64,000 bases of DNA from an uncultured Desulfatitalea sp. (GCA_963668675.2 CAXXMB010000002.1:2112001-2176000); one strand, 5' to 3'. Shown: positions 17,971 to 27,734, counted from the stretch's first letter. The notes: generated from the letters alone by a model not told the origin. Program-made: numbers and translations.

Positions 17971-18233
17971 TCCGGCTGGATGTAGTCGGCAAAGCTGTTG
18001 ATCGAGGTCATGACGCGCCGCATCTGCTTGCTGTCTCGAATGGCAATGCCGAAGGTGTTTTGGATGGCAATGGAAATTTGCAGTGCATCGATGGAGTCGA
18101 GCTCAAGCGTGGAATCTCTCTGAAACAGCGGTGCCTCGTCATCGATATCCGCTATTTCGATATCCAGATCACAATTCTCGACAATCAGGGTTTTAATCTT
18201 GTTTTTCAGGTCAACATCCAGGGATCCTCGCAT
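17967..18233 (-). CDS. Acyl carrier protein
   Basis: LELDSIDALQI phosphopantetheine motif; 4-bp overlap with the KS gene. Confidence 0.92.
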   Translation of the reverse strand: MRGSLDVDLKNKIKTLIVENCDLDIEIADIDDEAPLFQRDSTLELDSIDALQISIAIQNTFGIAIRDSKQMRRVMTSINSFADYIQPE

Positions 18234-18352
18234 GGTCAGACACAGGTACCTTTCAGAAAAATTTCACTGTTCGGCAAACAGGAAGATCTGTCGGCGGCAA
18301 CAGCGTAATTGCACAAGATAGAGGAATCGGCAAAGGAACGTCAAGCACAATC

Positions 18353-19798
18353 TCAACTTCCCAACGTCGAGAGCAGTGCGACCAGAAACTGCCACACCTT
18401 CTCCACCGATGGCACATGCAGCCGTTCGGCCGGTGAGTGGGGATTTCGGATCGTCGGGCCGAACGAAATCATCTCCATTCCAGGGTATAGATCTCCGATA
18501 ATGGCACACTCCAGACCGGCGTGGATTACCTGGATGACCGGTTCCTTCTTGTACAACCGTCTATAAACCGACTGGGACTCCCGCAGCAGGGGCGCCTCTG
18601 CATCCGGCTGCCATGGCGGATAAGCGTTGGTGTCCCTTGCGGCGGCCCCGGCCAGCCTTGCGGCGGCATGCACACGGCCTGTGATTTCATCCAACCGCGA
18701 CGTCATGGCACTGCGCTGGCTGGAGAGAACCGTAAGGCGGCCTCCTTCGAGATTTACCGTGGCCAGATTGCTCGACGTTTCGACCAGTCCCTCGACAGCC
18801 TGGGACATGCCGGCCACCCCATGGGGCATGGTCAGCAACAGATCTGTGACGCGTCGTGTGTCGGCGGGTGTCAAACCGCTTGCCCCTGATGGGGAGATGG
18901 TTTTGGCCTTCAAAAACAGGTCCGGCTCTATCGCACCGCACTCCCGCTTCACCACCTGCTCGATTTCGCGCACCACCTCCAGGACCGCATCCTGAACGGC
19001 TGATTCACAGATCAGCAGCAGCGACGCATCCCGGGCGATGGCGTTGTGGCGTGTTCCGCCTGAGAGACGGACAAGGCGGCATGGAACCCGTGCCAGGAGG
19101 CGATCCAGGACCCTGGCGAGCAGCTTGTTGGCATTGGAGCGCTGTTTGTGAATATCGATGCCTGAATGACCTCCGGTCAAGCCACCGATCGTGATATCCA
19201 CCCAGGCGTCCGTTGCGCCCAGCGCCTCAGTCTGCAGCTCCATTTCGATGGTCGTATCCATCCCTCCGGCACATCCGATGGTGAAGATGCCCTCATCCTC
19301 CGAGTCGAGGTTGATGAGTCTCCTGCCCTCAATCAGGTTATCCGCCATCGCTTTCACCCCATTGAGGCCGGTCTCCTCGTCCACGGTAAAAAGAAGCTCC
19401 AGCGTTGGGTGCTTCAATGACGCGTCCTCGGCCAGGGCCAAGGCATACGCGATGGCGATGCCGTTATCCGCCCCGAGGGTAGTGCGATCGGCGGTCAGCC
19501 AGTCACCATCCATGTGAGAAGTGATGGCATCCGTGTCAAAGTTGTGGTCCGAATCGGGCGTTTTTTCACACACCATATCCAAATGCCCCTGGATCACCAC
19601 TGTGGGCGCATTCTCGCATCCCCGAGCAGCCGGGACCCGGACGACCAGGTTTCCGGCGGCATCCGCCCGACTCTTGAAGCCTCTGGCATTGGCCCACCCT
19701 TTCAACCAGAGCTGAAGCTGACCTTCATTTTTAGAACAGCGGGGAATAGTGTTGATGTGCTCAAAATGGTTCAGAATAGCCCTCGTGCTCTTTTGCAT
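18353..19798 (-). CDS. pepD: Aminoacyl-histidine dipeptidase PepD (M20C)
   Basis: QGHLDMVCEK, TTLGADNG, TVDEETG, NLDSED, GGHSG, IHAGLEC; start 19798 or 19807. Confidence 0.95.
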   Translation of the reverse strand: MQKSTRAILNHFEHINTIPRCSKNEGQLQLWLKGWANARGFKSRADAAGNLVVRVPAARGCENAPTVVIQGHLDMVCEKTPDSDHNFDTDAITSHMDGDWLTADRTTLGADNGIAIAYALALAEDASLKHPTLELLFTVDEETGLNGVKAMADNLIEGRRLINLDSEDEGIFTIGCAGGMDTTIEMELQTEALGATDAWVDITIGGLTGGHSGIDIHKQRSNANKLLARVLDRLLARVPCRLVRLSGGTRHNAIARDASLLLICESAVQDAVLEVVREIEQVVKRECGAIEPDLFLKAKTISPSGASGLTPADTRRVTDLLLTMPHGVAGMSQAVEGLVETSSNLATVNLEGGRLTVLSSQRSAMTSRLDEITGRVHAAARLAGAAARDTNAYPPWQPDAEAPLLRESQSVYRRLYKKEPVIQVIHAGLECAIIGDLYPGMEMISFGPTIRNPHSPAERLHVPSVEKVWQFLVALLSTLGS

Positions 19799-20051
19799 GT
19801 TACCCATCCTTTCATTGAACACCGTCCGTATTGCGAGACAGGGCGGCTTGACACGGAACATAGGAAGCAGCTTCTGGCTTGTCAATATTTATAAAAAGGA
19901 TGCAATTTCATTATGTTAACAATCTAACAGCCATTTGTTTATTGACATTTCACTGTAAGTGTGTTCGAAAAGCGAACCATTTGGCGGAATAGAAATGAAA
20001 TTCATCCGCCGGCATGACAGGTCGATGCATCACACAGGAGGACTCTTCTTT

Positions 20052-20456
20052 ATGGTCTTTGATATTGCTCGCATATCAGCCCACAACGGCTGGGTCATGG
20101 CGGTCACCGGGGCTGTACTGGTTATGCTGGGCCTTGCCACACTATCTCTTATTATATCCCAACTACATAAAATTATTGGGTTTTTCGAAACAAAGGCTGC
20201 CCCACCTCTGACAACCAAAAGCGCACCGGCAGCGGCGGCTGATGGCGATGTGGATTATCTTTCCGATCCGGAAGCAATTGTAAAACTTTATAAGGTGCTG
20301 ACCGAAGAGCTCGGGGAACCGTTTGAGCTTACCAAGCTCTATCAATTGGCGCAAAAAGACCAACTTCCCCACCCACACCTGACACTGCGTACGTTGAGGG
20401 AAGCCGGATTGCTGATTCCTGCCGGCGAAGGCACGTTCTCCTGGAAAGCAGCATAA
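20052..20456 (+). CDS. OadG-family (gamma/delta) subunit of a Na+-translocating decarboxylase, with extra C-terminal domain
   Basis: RBS aggagga; single TM (MAVTGAVLVMLGL..L), Ala/Pro linker; directly upstream of the beta subunit. Confidence 0.8.
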   Translation: MVFDIARISAHNGWVMAVTGAVLVMLGLATLSLIISQLHKIIGFFETKAAPPLTTKSAPAAAADGDVDYLSDPEAIVKLYKVLTEELGEPFELTKLYQLAQKDQLPHPHLTLRTLREAGLLIPAGEGTFSWKAA

Positions 20457-20501
20457 CACGATCATCCAGATCTTACACTTTCAGTTGAGGTAACCATACA
20501 G

Positions 20502-21632
20502 ATGGAACTGGCGTACGAATTTCTAAAAAACACCGGATATGCAATGACCGATTGGCGCTACCTGATGATGATAGCCATCGGGATCCTTTTCTGCTATCTC
20601 TCCATTGCAAAAAAATACGAACCCCTGTTGCTACTGCCCATCGGTTTCGGCATAATAATTGGTAACATTCCGTTTTTTAAAGGGTTTGGACTCGGAATAT
20701 ACGAAAACAACAGCGTTTTGCACTACCTCTACTTCGGCGTCACGACAGGCCTCTACCCATCAATTGTCTTTCTCGGCCTGGGGGCAATGACCGACTTCTC
20801 CTCTATGCTGGCCCGTCCCAAACTGATGCTTCTCGGCGCCTCCGCTCAGATGGGCATCTATTTTACCCTCCTGAGCGCTCTAGCACTTGGATTTGCTCCT
20901 AAAGAGGCCGCTTCGGTCGCCATTATCGGTGGTGCAGATGGACCGACCTCCATCTTCCTCACCGCCAAACTGGCCCCCCATCTGATTGGTCCGGTGGCCA
21001 TTGCTGCCTACTCCTATATGGCCCTTATCCCCATTATTCAGCCTCCCATTATGCGTCTACTGACATCCAAAGAGGAGCGCCTGATCAGAATGCCCGATAC
21101 CGAGCGGCATGTCTCCCGCAAAGAGCTGGTCTTCTTTCCCATTGTAGGCGTTCTGCTCTGCTGCTTCCTGGCGCCGGCCTCCATTCCGCTGTTAGGTCCC
21201 TTCTTTTTTGGAAACCTGATGAAAGTGTCCGGCGTCGTCGATCGGTTGGCAAAAACCGCTAGCTCCGCCGTCATCGATACAGCCACCATCTTTCTTGGCT
21301 TTACGGTGGGCGCCAGCACCCAGGCGGATGTGTTCATCACCCCCAAGGCGCTGGGTATCTTCTTCCTGGGTTCTGTTGCCTTCTCCATTGCCACCGCATC
21401 GGGCGTTATTTTTGCAAAAATCATGAACCTCTTCCTCAAAGAGAAGATCAATCCCCTACTGGGTGCCGCCGGCGTCTCCGCCGTACCTGGCTCTGCAAGA
21501 GAAGTTCACCTGACCGCTCAAAAGGAAGACCCCGGAAACTATCTGCTGATGCACGCCATGGCCTGTAACGCCTCCGGGGTGATCGGCTCAGCGATCTGTG
21601 CTGGTATTCTGTGGAGCTTCATGATGAAGTAG
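20502..21632 (+). CDS. Na+-translocating decarboxylase beta subunit (OadB/MmdB/GcdB family)
   Basis: YEPLLLLPIGFG, GAMTDF, IIGGADGPTSIFL, AAYSYMAL, GVSAVP, GVIGSA. Confidence 0.95.
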   Translation: MELAYEFLKNTGYAMTDWRYLMMIAIGILFCYLSIAKKYEPLLLLPIGFGIIIGNIPFFKGFGLGIYENNSVLHYLYFGVTTGLYPSIVFLGLGAMTDFSSMLARPKLMLLGASAQMGIYFTLLSALALGFAPKEAASVAIIGGADGPTSIFLTAKLAPHLIGPVAIAAYSYMALIPIIQPPIMRLLTSKEERLIRMPDTERHVSRKELVFFPIVGVLLCCFLAPASIPLLGPFFFGNLMKVSGVVDRLAKTASSAVIDTATIFLGFTVGASTQADVFITPKALGIFFLGSVAFSIATASGVIFAKIMNLFLKEKINPLLGAAGVSAVPGSAREVHLTAQKEDPGNYLLMHAMACNASGVIGSAICAGILWSFMMK

Positions 21633-21953
21633 TTTTTCTCACACAGCGGACGAATAGGGAGGCCGACCATCGCGTCCCGGCTGGCTCTCTTCTCCATCAT
21701 TTCCCTTGACCCTGCCGTATGGCTATGTGTACATATTGAAAGGACAGCAAAACAGACCGCTAAGCCGCACCACTTCCGCCGACAACTGAATTTCTCTCTA
21801 AACGGCACCAAATCGATACCAATGCCGGAACGGCGACTCTTTTTTAAGCCGTCTTTTGCTGCCGCACGACACAAAAAAATCCGATATCGTTTTCGGCCAT
21901 GCGCTCCACGCCCCTCTCCAAACATTACCTGACAACGACAAGGGAGAGAGATC

Positions 21954-22268
21954 ATGATTGCCAAAATTCTAATCAAACGGCGCTTCAAAGAGGGTAAAAC
22001 GAAACAGATCGTCTCCTTGCTTAACGAACTTCGCGCCCGGGCCATGCATCAGCCCGGCTATATTTCCGGGGAAACCCTCTCCAAAGAGGGCTTCCCACTC
22101 AACATGGTCGTCATCGGAAGCTGGCAAAGCCTCGAAGAGTGGTACAGGTGGCGAGACAGCGACGAGCGCAAACGCTTTGAATCGATGCTGGAGCTCTACC
22201 AAGAGCGTCCTACCGATTATGAGGAGTTTCTCCTTGGCACACCACTCGGGTTTGGAGACGCCAGTTGA
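21954..22268 (+). CDS. Antibiotic-biosynthesis-monooxygenase (ABM) family protein
   Basis: QPGYISGETL, SWQSLEEWYRWRDS.ER; RBS agggag. Confidence 0.85.
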   Translation: MIAKILIKRRFKEGKTKQIVSLLNELRARAMHQPGYISGETLSKEGFPLNMVVIGSWQSLEEWYRWRDSDERKRFESMLELYQERPTDYEEFLLGTPLGFGDAS

Positions 22269-22557
22269 TCGCTCCAGGCTTCACTGCTGCTTAAGGGTTT
22301 CCAACCAACCTATCTGTATCTATGGTGTCGAGGCTTTCAACAGAGGCGATACAGACTGGCCCTCGTTCAATCTCTTCGCTGTATCCATTTCGGTCGCGGT
22401 TTATCTCTTTTCATCAAACATAAATCTGCCCGTTTCAAAGATGGGTCTGTTTGAAATCGATAAAATGGATTTGCTGGCATAACGGTTCGATTTGGTGTAT
22501 CAAAATAGCCATACCCAGCTTACTGCCAACCACAACCTATGATTTGAGGAAGTCGAC

Positions 22558-23385
22558 ATGCAAAAATGGAAATGTACTGTGTGCGGATACGTCCACGAGG
22601 GGGAGGAGCCACCAGAAAAATGTCCGGTCTGCGGTGCGGACCGATCCCTTTTCGTATTGATGGAGGCGGAAGGAACCGACGGAGACAGCTCACCCGCTTC
22701 CCCTGCGATTGAACAGCCAGAAGCTGATGCCGATGCCAGGTGGCGCTGTTCGGTATGTGGTTATATTCACACCGGCAGTTCGCCGCCCGATAAATGCCCT
22801 GTGTGTGGCGCGGATAAAAGTCAATTTGTTTTGCTGACCGATCAACCGGCCGATCGAGTCGACTCCGATGAGATGCAAGCGTCGACCGCATCAACTGGTC
22901 AGAATCACATCGAAGACGAATCCGGCATCTCACAAATGTTCCCTGAAAGTGTCAAGGAGCTTAGTCAGAAACTTACCCTTTTTCACGGCCACCCGGTTGC
23001 GGTTCATATACCCAATGGCGTGTTGCCCGTAGCGGTTCTCTTCACCTTTCTGGCACTTCTTTTCGGATCAGCCAGCCTCGCTGCCGCTGCAAAATGGAAC
23101 GTCATTCTTATAGCGCTGGCCATGCCCATCGTGATTGCTACCGGCGTCATCGACTGGATCAACAAATTCAAAGGGCGCATGACCCAGGTGTTCAAAGTAA
23201 AAATGGTGTGCGCCGCCATCGTTACCCTTCTGACCATCATACTTGCCATCTGGTGGCTGGCCGATCCCGACCTCTATTTACGCGGTCTCTTTTCCAACTG
23301 GTTTTTCTTTTTGCTTCACCTTATCGATCTTGCCGCTGCGGGCACAGCCGGTTGGTATGGCGGAAAACTTGTTTTTCACGCCTGA
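22558..23385 (+). CDS. Two rubredoxin-like FeCys4 domains fused to a DUF2231-like membrane domain
   Basis: WKCTVCGYVH...KCPVCGA and WRCSVCGYIH...KCPVCGA; HPVAVHIP, four hydrophobic helices, GWYGGKLVF. Confidence 0.88.
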   Translation: MQKWKCTVCGYVHEGEEPPEKCPVCGADRSLFVLMEAEGTDGDSSPASPAIEQPEADADARWRCSVCGYIHTGSSPPDKCPVCGADKSQFVLLTDQPADRVDSDEMQASTASTGQNHIEDESGISQMFPESVKELSQKLTLFHGHPVAVHIPNGVLPVAVLFTFLALLFGSASLAAAAKWNVILIALAMPIVIATGVIDWINKFKGRMTQVFKVKMVCAAIVTLLTIILAIWWLADPDLYLRGLFSNWFFFLLHLIDLAAAGTAGWYGGKLVFHA

Positions 23386-23434
23386 TTGAGAAACATGCCA
23401 GGACCAGGGATCGCTCGACCCCCTTATGAAAAAG

Positions 23435-23477
23435 ATTGCCCCGCAAAACCCTGTCAGACAAGGCTTTGCGGGGCAAT
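23435..23477. terminator. Hairpin between convergent genes, probable terminator
   Basis: attgccccgcaaa / tttgcggggcaat 13-bp stem. Confidence 0.6.
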
Positions 23478-23557
23478 TGAATTAGAGCCCAATTTTCAAA
23501 CGATCCTGGCCAGGCGCATACCAGGATATCACTTTTACATCACATTCAAATGGTGCG

Positions 23558-24400
23558 CTAACACCCCCCCTTATCACACCGAATAGCAACGGCAGACCAA
23601 TTTCGATTTTCCCGGGACCACACTTTTCGAAAACCGACCGGCAAGTGCTCCAAAACAGCTTCTCCCTCCCCAGGCCTGAATCCGCTCAACACCCAATAGC
23701 CGTTTGCACGGGTTCGCATCGCCATTGCGGGAATCAAACCGACAAGGGTGGGCGGGCGCAAGTTGGCCATGATCGTATCAAAAGGTGCCGGCTCTAAAAG
23801 TTCCAGGCTTCCCGAGACAATGTGAACTCTACCAGCCAACCCATTAATACGAACGTTACTCATTGCCTCGTGGCATGCGAGAGGATCTATATCGATCGCC
23901 ACGACCGGCCCCAACCCGAGTAACTCAGCAGCCATTGCCAGCACGCCGGTCCCCGTGCCGATGTCCAAGGTCTTAATGTTCCTTGTGGGATCTTTGGATC
24001 TCCGCTGTGTCGAAATCCAATCGATGGCATATAGGGAGAGAATCGTTGTGGGGTGATCGCCACGACCGAAAGCCGAACCGCTTTGCACCTTCAGATACTT
24101 CGGTGACGGATTTCTCGCGCCTTGGTCGATTGTGGTTCCGAGTGACAGCCGCTCTGAAATCGATATGATGCCGCTGCGTCCAAGTTCAATGTGGCTTGAG
24201 GAGAAGTGGTGTGAATAAATCAACAACCCCAGGCTCACCATCTTGCGAACAGAGGAGCGGAAAATTTTTCGGTCCAACCCTGGAAATTGCCCTGCCAGTG
24301 CCCCCATCAGGTCGGTGGGTGTCATGCGCAGGTGCGTCTCTGCCAGCAATTGGAGAATATACTCCTTTACAGGATCAGAGGCGGTAGCGCCACCTGTCAT
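23558..24400 (-). CDS. PrmA-like class I SAM methyltransferase with an atypical N-terminal domain
   Basis: AFGRGDHPTT, LDIGTGTGVLA, AIDIDP, FDTIMANL, LSG motifs. Confidence 0.85.
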   Translation of the reverse strand: MTGGATASDPVKEYILQLLAETHLRMTPTDLMGALAGQFPGLDRKIFRSSVRKMVSLGLLIYSHHFSSSHIELGRSGIISISERLSLGTTIDQGARNPSPKYLKVQSGSAFGRGDHPTTILSLYAIDWISTQRRSKDPTRNIKTLDIGTGTGVLAMAAELLGLGPVVAIDIDPLACHEAMSNVRINGLAGRVHIVSGSLELLEPAPFDTIMANLRPPTLVGLIPAMAMRTRANGYWVLSGFRPGEGEAVLEHLPVGFRKVWSRENRNWSAVAIRCDKGGC

Positions 24401-24750
24401 TCTGTCTCTTTATCCTCTATCGACTTCAACTGTTCAATGTACCAGCGAGCAAACTCATACATACCGATAAACCGATCATCATCATTGATAATCCCCAGAG
24501 CCATTTCCAGAACGCCACGGCCATAGGCATTGCTGTAATTTTCATGCTCGCACTGCTGCAAAAACGCTCTTACCAACTGTTGGGTTGTGCGCTTGGTTGC
24601 GTCCCTTCGAATATCGATGGGGTCCTTGGGTTCCTCGAAAGGGTCCCATCGATCATAGCCTATTTTCTCTATTCTTTTGCGTGCGCGAGCGGACATGCCA
24701 TCGAAAATCGCCATTTTCCTTTGGGATGCTTCCTCTGAAGATAGCTTCAT
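24397..24750 (-). CDS. Hypothetical protein (117 aa)
   Basis: 4-bp overlaps with both neighbours; IGYDRWDPFEEPKDPIDIR. Confidence 0.8.
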   Translation of the reverse strand: MKLSSEEASQRKMAIFDGMSARARKRIEKIGYDRWDPFEEPKDPIDIRRDATKRTTQQLVRAFLQQCEHENYSNAYGRGVLEMALGIINDDDRFIGMYEFARWYIEQLKSIEDKETE

Positions 24751-25433
24751 GATGCCCCCGATCTCTTTTCCGCTTCATCATCTTCATCCTTGGTGCTGAC
24801 TCCCAGATACTCCTCGGTATACTCGGTCAACAGGGCCATGGACAGGGGAACCAGCATCTCAGCCAATCTTGGATAACGACTCTTGATCGATTGCGCCAAC
24901 TCCGCCGATATCGCATAGAGTCTCTGGTAGACCGCATCCAACTTCAGTGTTGGATAGGACTCACCCTTTTCGAAGCCACTGACCCCACAGGTGTGCGCCC
25001 TCCCTCCGATTTCAGTTGGAATACCATATACACGGCAGGTAATCGGACGCACGTCATATATGGCGCAGCGATCATCATCATTCAGGGCCGGACAACGGAT
25101 GCGCTTCAGTGCCATCTCCTCCAATATCTCCGGCTCCGGTCTGCCCTTTTCCAGTTCCTTCACCGCATTTCGTTTGAGGCGATGGATGTCGCGATCTGCC
25201 CTGTTCGCCTTTTCAAGAAGCGCTTCAAGAGAGGCTCCCTCAAACCTTTTCAACACCTCGGTATTGATGTAGAGAGCCTCTATTAATGTGACATCGAAAA
25301 GAGCATGACAACAGTCGGCACAGCGCTCCTTGCAGCGAACACATTCAGCATACTCACTTTTCACACGTTCGAATGCGGCGTCCACCTGTTGCACCAGTGC
25401 CTTGTATTGGTCGAAAAATGGTTCGAAATCCAT
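24747..25433 (-). CDS. YkgJ-family cysteine-cluster protein
   Basis: CKERCADCC, CPAL...CAIYDVRPITCR; RBS aggag. Confidence 0.9.
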   Translation of the reverse strand: MDFEPFFDQYKALVQQVDAAFERVKSEYAECVRCKERCADCCHALFDVTLIEALYINTEVLKRFEGASLEALLEKANRADRDIHRLKRNAVKELEKGRPEPEILEEMALKRIRCPALNDDDRCAIYDVRPITCRVYGIPTEIGGRAHTCGVSGFEKGESYPTLKLDAVYQRLYAISAELAQSIKSRYPRLAEMLVPLSMALLTEYTEEYLGVSTKDEDDEAEKRSGAS

Positions 25434-25448
25434 GATGCATCTCCTGAC

Positions 25449-25464
25449 TGTTTCACGTGAAACA
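25449..25464. promoter_or_regulatory. parS: parS (ParB/Spo0J binding site)
   Basis: Exact consensus palindrome TGTTTCACGTGAAACA, intergenic, in the origin-proximal region. Confidence 0.93.
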
Positions 25465-25478
25465 ATTTATGGTCGTAG

Positions 25479-26912
25479 CTATTTACCGATACAAAATTGA
25501 GAAAAAATGGCGTCGAGTACATCTTCCCCTACCCGATCTCCGGTGATCTTTCCGAGAAGATCTAGCGTCTGGTTCAAATCCAAACTCACAAGATCCTCCA
25601 GCCCCCTTTCACCTATTTTTGCAATAGCCCTCCTTAATAGTCCGAGGGCAAGCTCTAGAATCTCTCGGTGGCGCACATTGGCTATAATGTTTCCTTCGAG
25701 CGCCTCTGATACTACATTCAGGCATCGCGACGAAATTTGCTTTTTGAGCAAATTCAACCCGGTCCCAAACTTTGCGGACAACCAGACCGAATCTAACGTT
25801 GTCAGCCGTTCAGGGTATTCGAACTGCTTTTGATTATCAAGCAAGTCCATTTTGTTGAGTACCAGAATGGTTTTAGTCGGATCGATTTGATCGATGATGT
25901 CAAGATCTTCGGTTTGTATTGGAGAGCTGGCTTCAACCACCATCAAAATACAATCGGCCAAAGCGATGTTCTCGCGGGTCTTTTCCATACCGATCATTTC
26001 CACCGGATCACTGCTCTCGTGCAAGCCTGCGGTATCGACAACGTGCATCTCTATATTTTCAATATGCACCATCTCTTCAACCGCATCTCGTGTAGTTCCG
26101 GGTATGGGTGTAACGATCGCCTTATCCCTTCCGATCAAACGATTCAAAAGACTAGATTTTCCCACATTTGGTCGCCCTACGATAACAAGACGCAAACCCT
26201 CGCGCAGAATGCTTCCGTTCTTAAATGAGGCGACCAACCGGTCAATGGGTTCAATAAGTTTTCTCTCTATCTCGGGTATCAACTGCTTTGGATGGGCCAG
26301 GCTCTCCGAATCGACTTCTTCAGGAAATTCGATAGTGGCCTCATTATCGGCAATCAGACGAATCAATGTTTCGCGCATAGCACGTATTTGATCTTTAAGG
26401 CCGCCATGGAGCTGTCTATTAGCGATTGCCAGTGCACCGTTGCTTTTTGCATTTATGAGATCGGCGACCGCCTCGGCCTGGCTCAAATCGATACGGCCGT
26501 TGAGATAGGCCCGTCTCGTAAATTCTCCTGGATCTGCTAGTCTGGCACCTTGCCTGATCACAAGATCGAGAATTCTAGAGACGACCAGAGACCCTCCATG
26601 GGATTGGATCTCCACCACATCTTCCCTTGTGTATGAGTGAGGCCCCCGCATAATCGCCATTAGTACTTCATCTACAAGATTTCCGGCGTTCGGATCTCTG
26701 ATGAAACCGTGAATCAATCGATGAGACGGATATAAGGGATGCTTTTCGGTTGACCTGCTGGCGAGGCGTTTTGATTTTTGAAAGAGGCCCTCCGCAATCT
26801 GTATGGCCTTGTAACCCGAAATGCGCACGATTCCGACGCCCCCCACTCCTGCAGGTGTTGCAACCGCTGCGATGGTGTCGTTCTCGATAGCGTGGTGGGC
26901 GGTTTGAGTCAT
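25479..26912 (-). CDS. mnmE: tRNA modification GTPase MnmE
   Basis: DTIAAVAT, SYTREDVVEIQSHG, GRPNVGKSS, PGTTRD, DTAG, C-terminal FCIGK. Confidence 0.98.
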   Translation of the reverse strand: MTQTAHHAIENDTIAAVATPAGVGGVGIVRISGYKAIQIAEGLFQKSKRLASRSTEKHPLYPSHRLIHGFIRDPNAGNLVDEVLMAIMRGPHSYTREDVVEIQSHGGSLVVSRILDLVIRQGARLADPGEFTRRAYLNGRIDLSQAEAVADLINAKSNGALAIANRQLHGGLKDQIRAMRETLIRLIADNEATIEFPEEVDSESLAHPKQLIPEIERKLIEPIDRLVASFKNGSILREGLRLVIVGRPNVGKSSLLNRLIGRDKAIVTPIPGTTRDAVEEMVHIENIEMHVVDTAGLHESSDPVEMIGMEKTRENIALADCILMVVEASSPIQTEDLDIIDQIDPTKTILVLNKMDLLDNQKQFEYPERLTTLDSVWLSAKFGTGLNLLKKQISSRCLNVVSEALEGNIIANVRHREILELALGLLRRAIAKIGERGLEDLVSLDLNQTLDLLGKITGDRVGEDVLDAIFSQFCIGK

Positions 26913-26951
26913 AATTTCGGCTGGTTATAAAGGCTACAGGGCTGTTGCCAG

Positions 26952-27716
26952 CTAGCTGGACCGCTTGCTTTTCCTACGTCTTTTTGGGAAGACAATCAGC
27001 TTTCTATAGTTGCCCTCTCCCACACTCTGTGTACGAACTGCCTGATTGTCTTTCAGATGTAGATGGACGATGCGTCTGTCGTAAGCATTCATTTGCCCGA
27101 TGGTCACCGGCTTGTTGATTTTCTGGGCCTTCTCGGCCATTTTGGAGGCCATTCGTTTGAGGTTAGCCTGTCGGGTTTCCAGGTACCCCTCAACATCGAC
27201 GAGGATTCGCAGCCGGGCCTCGTTTTGCTTGTTTACGATCTTTTCGACAAGATACTGCATCGCTTCCAGGGTTTGGCCTCGCTTGCCGATGAGAAGAGCG
27301 CTGTTGCCACCTTCGATCTTATATACGATGCGGCCGTTTTCCCGCTCCGCCTGAATCGTTGATCCCTCGGAGATAAAATCAACGACACGCTGTAACGCCG
27401 ATTTGCCACAGTTGAGTGCCTTGTTATTCTCCTCATCCGGTTTCGGCGCATTCGGCGCATCTTCATCTTCTATGCCGAAGGCGCTTTTTACCAGGTCCTG
27501 GGCTTGTTGCTTGGGATCGTCCCGGACCTCCTGAATGGGAAGCTTGGTCTTCACCCTTATTTTAGCCTTTTTGACACCTACCAGACCGAAGATGCCCGTT
27601 GACCCATATGAAATCACTTCATAATTCAGTTTATCAGCAGCTGTATCTAGCTCCTTGCCAGCCTTTTCCAAGGCTTTGTCGACGCTTTTTGCTTCATATT
27701 CGATAAAATCGGACAT
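26952..27716 (-). CDS. jag: Jag/EloR/KhpB RNA-binding protein
   Basis: Jag_N, KH (IGKRGQTL) and R3H (RRIVH) domains; between yidC and mnmE. Confidence 0.95.
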   Translation of the reverse strand: MSDFIEYEAKSVDKALEKAGKELDTAADKLNYEVISYGSTGIFGLVGVKKAKIRVKTKLPIQEVRDDPKQQAQDLVKSAFGIEDEDAPNAPKPDEENNKALNCGKSALQRVVDFISEGSTIQAERENGRIVYKIEGGNSALLIGKRGQTLEAMQYLVEKIVNKQNEARLRILVDVEGYLETRQANLKRMASKMAEKAQKINKPVTIGQMNAYDRRIVHLHLKDNQAVRTQSVGEGNYRKLIVFPKRRRKSKRSS

Positions 27717-27734
27717 GACTAAAACCTCCCCCCA

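Noticed and set aside
21743..21863. Possible structured leader before the ABM gene (cagcaaaa/ttttgctg plus two short hairpins)
   Set aside because: Stems are short and match no riboswitch I recognise; could be chance.
22475..22491. Sigma54-like TGGCA upstream of the rubredoxin gene
   Set aside because: The -12 position reads CG rather than the required GC.
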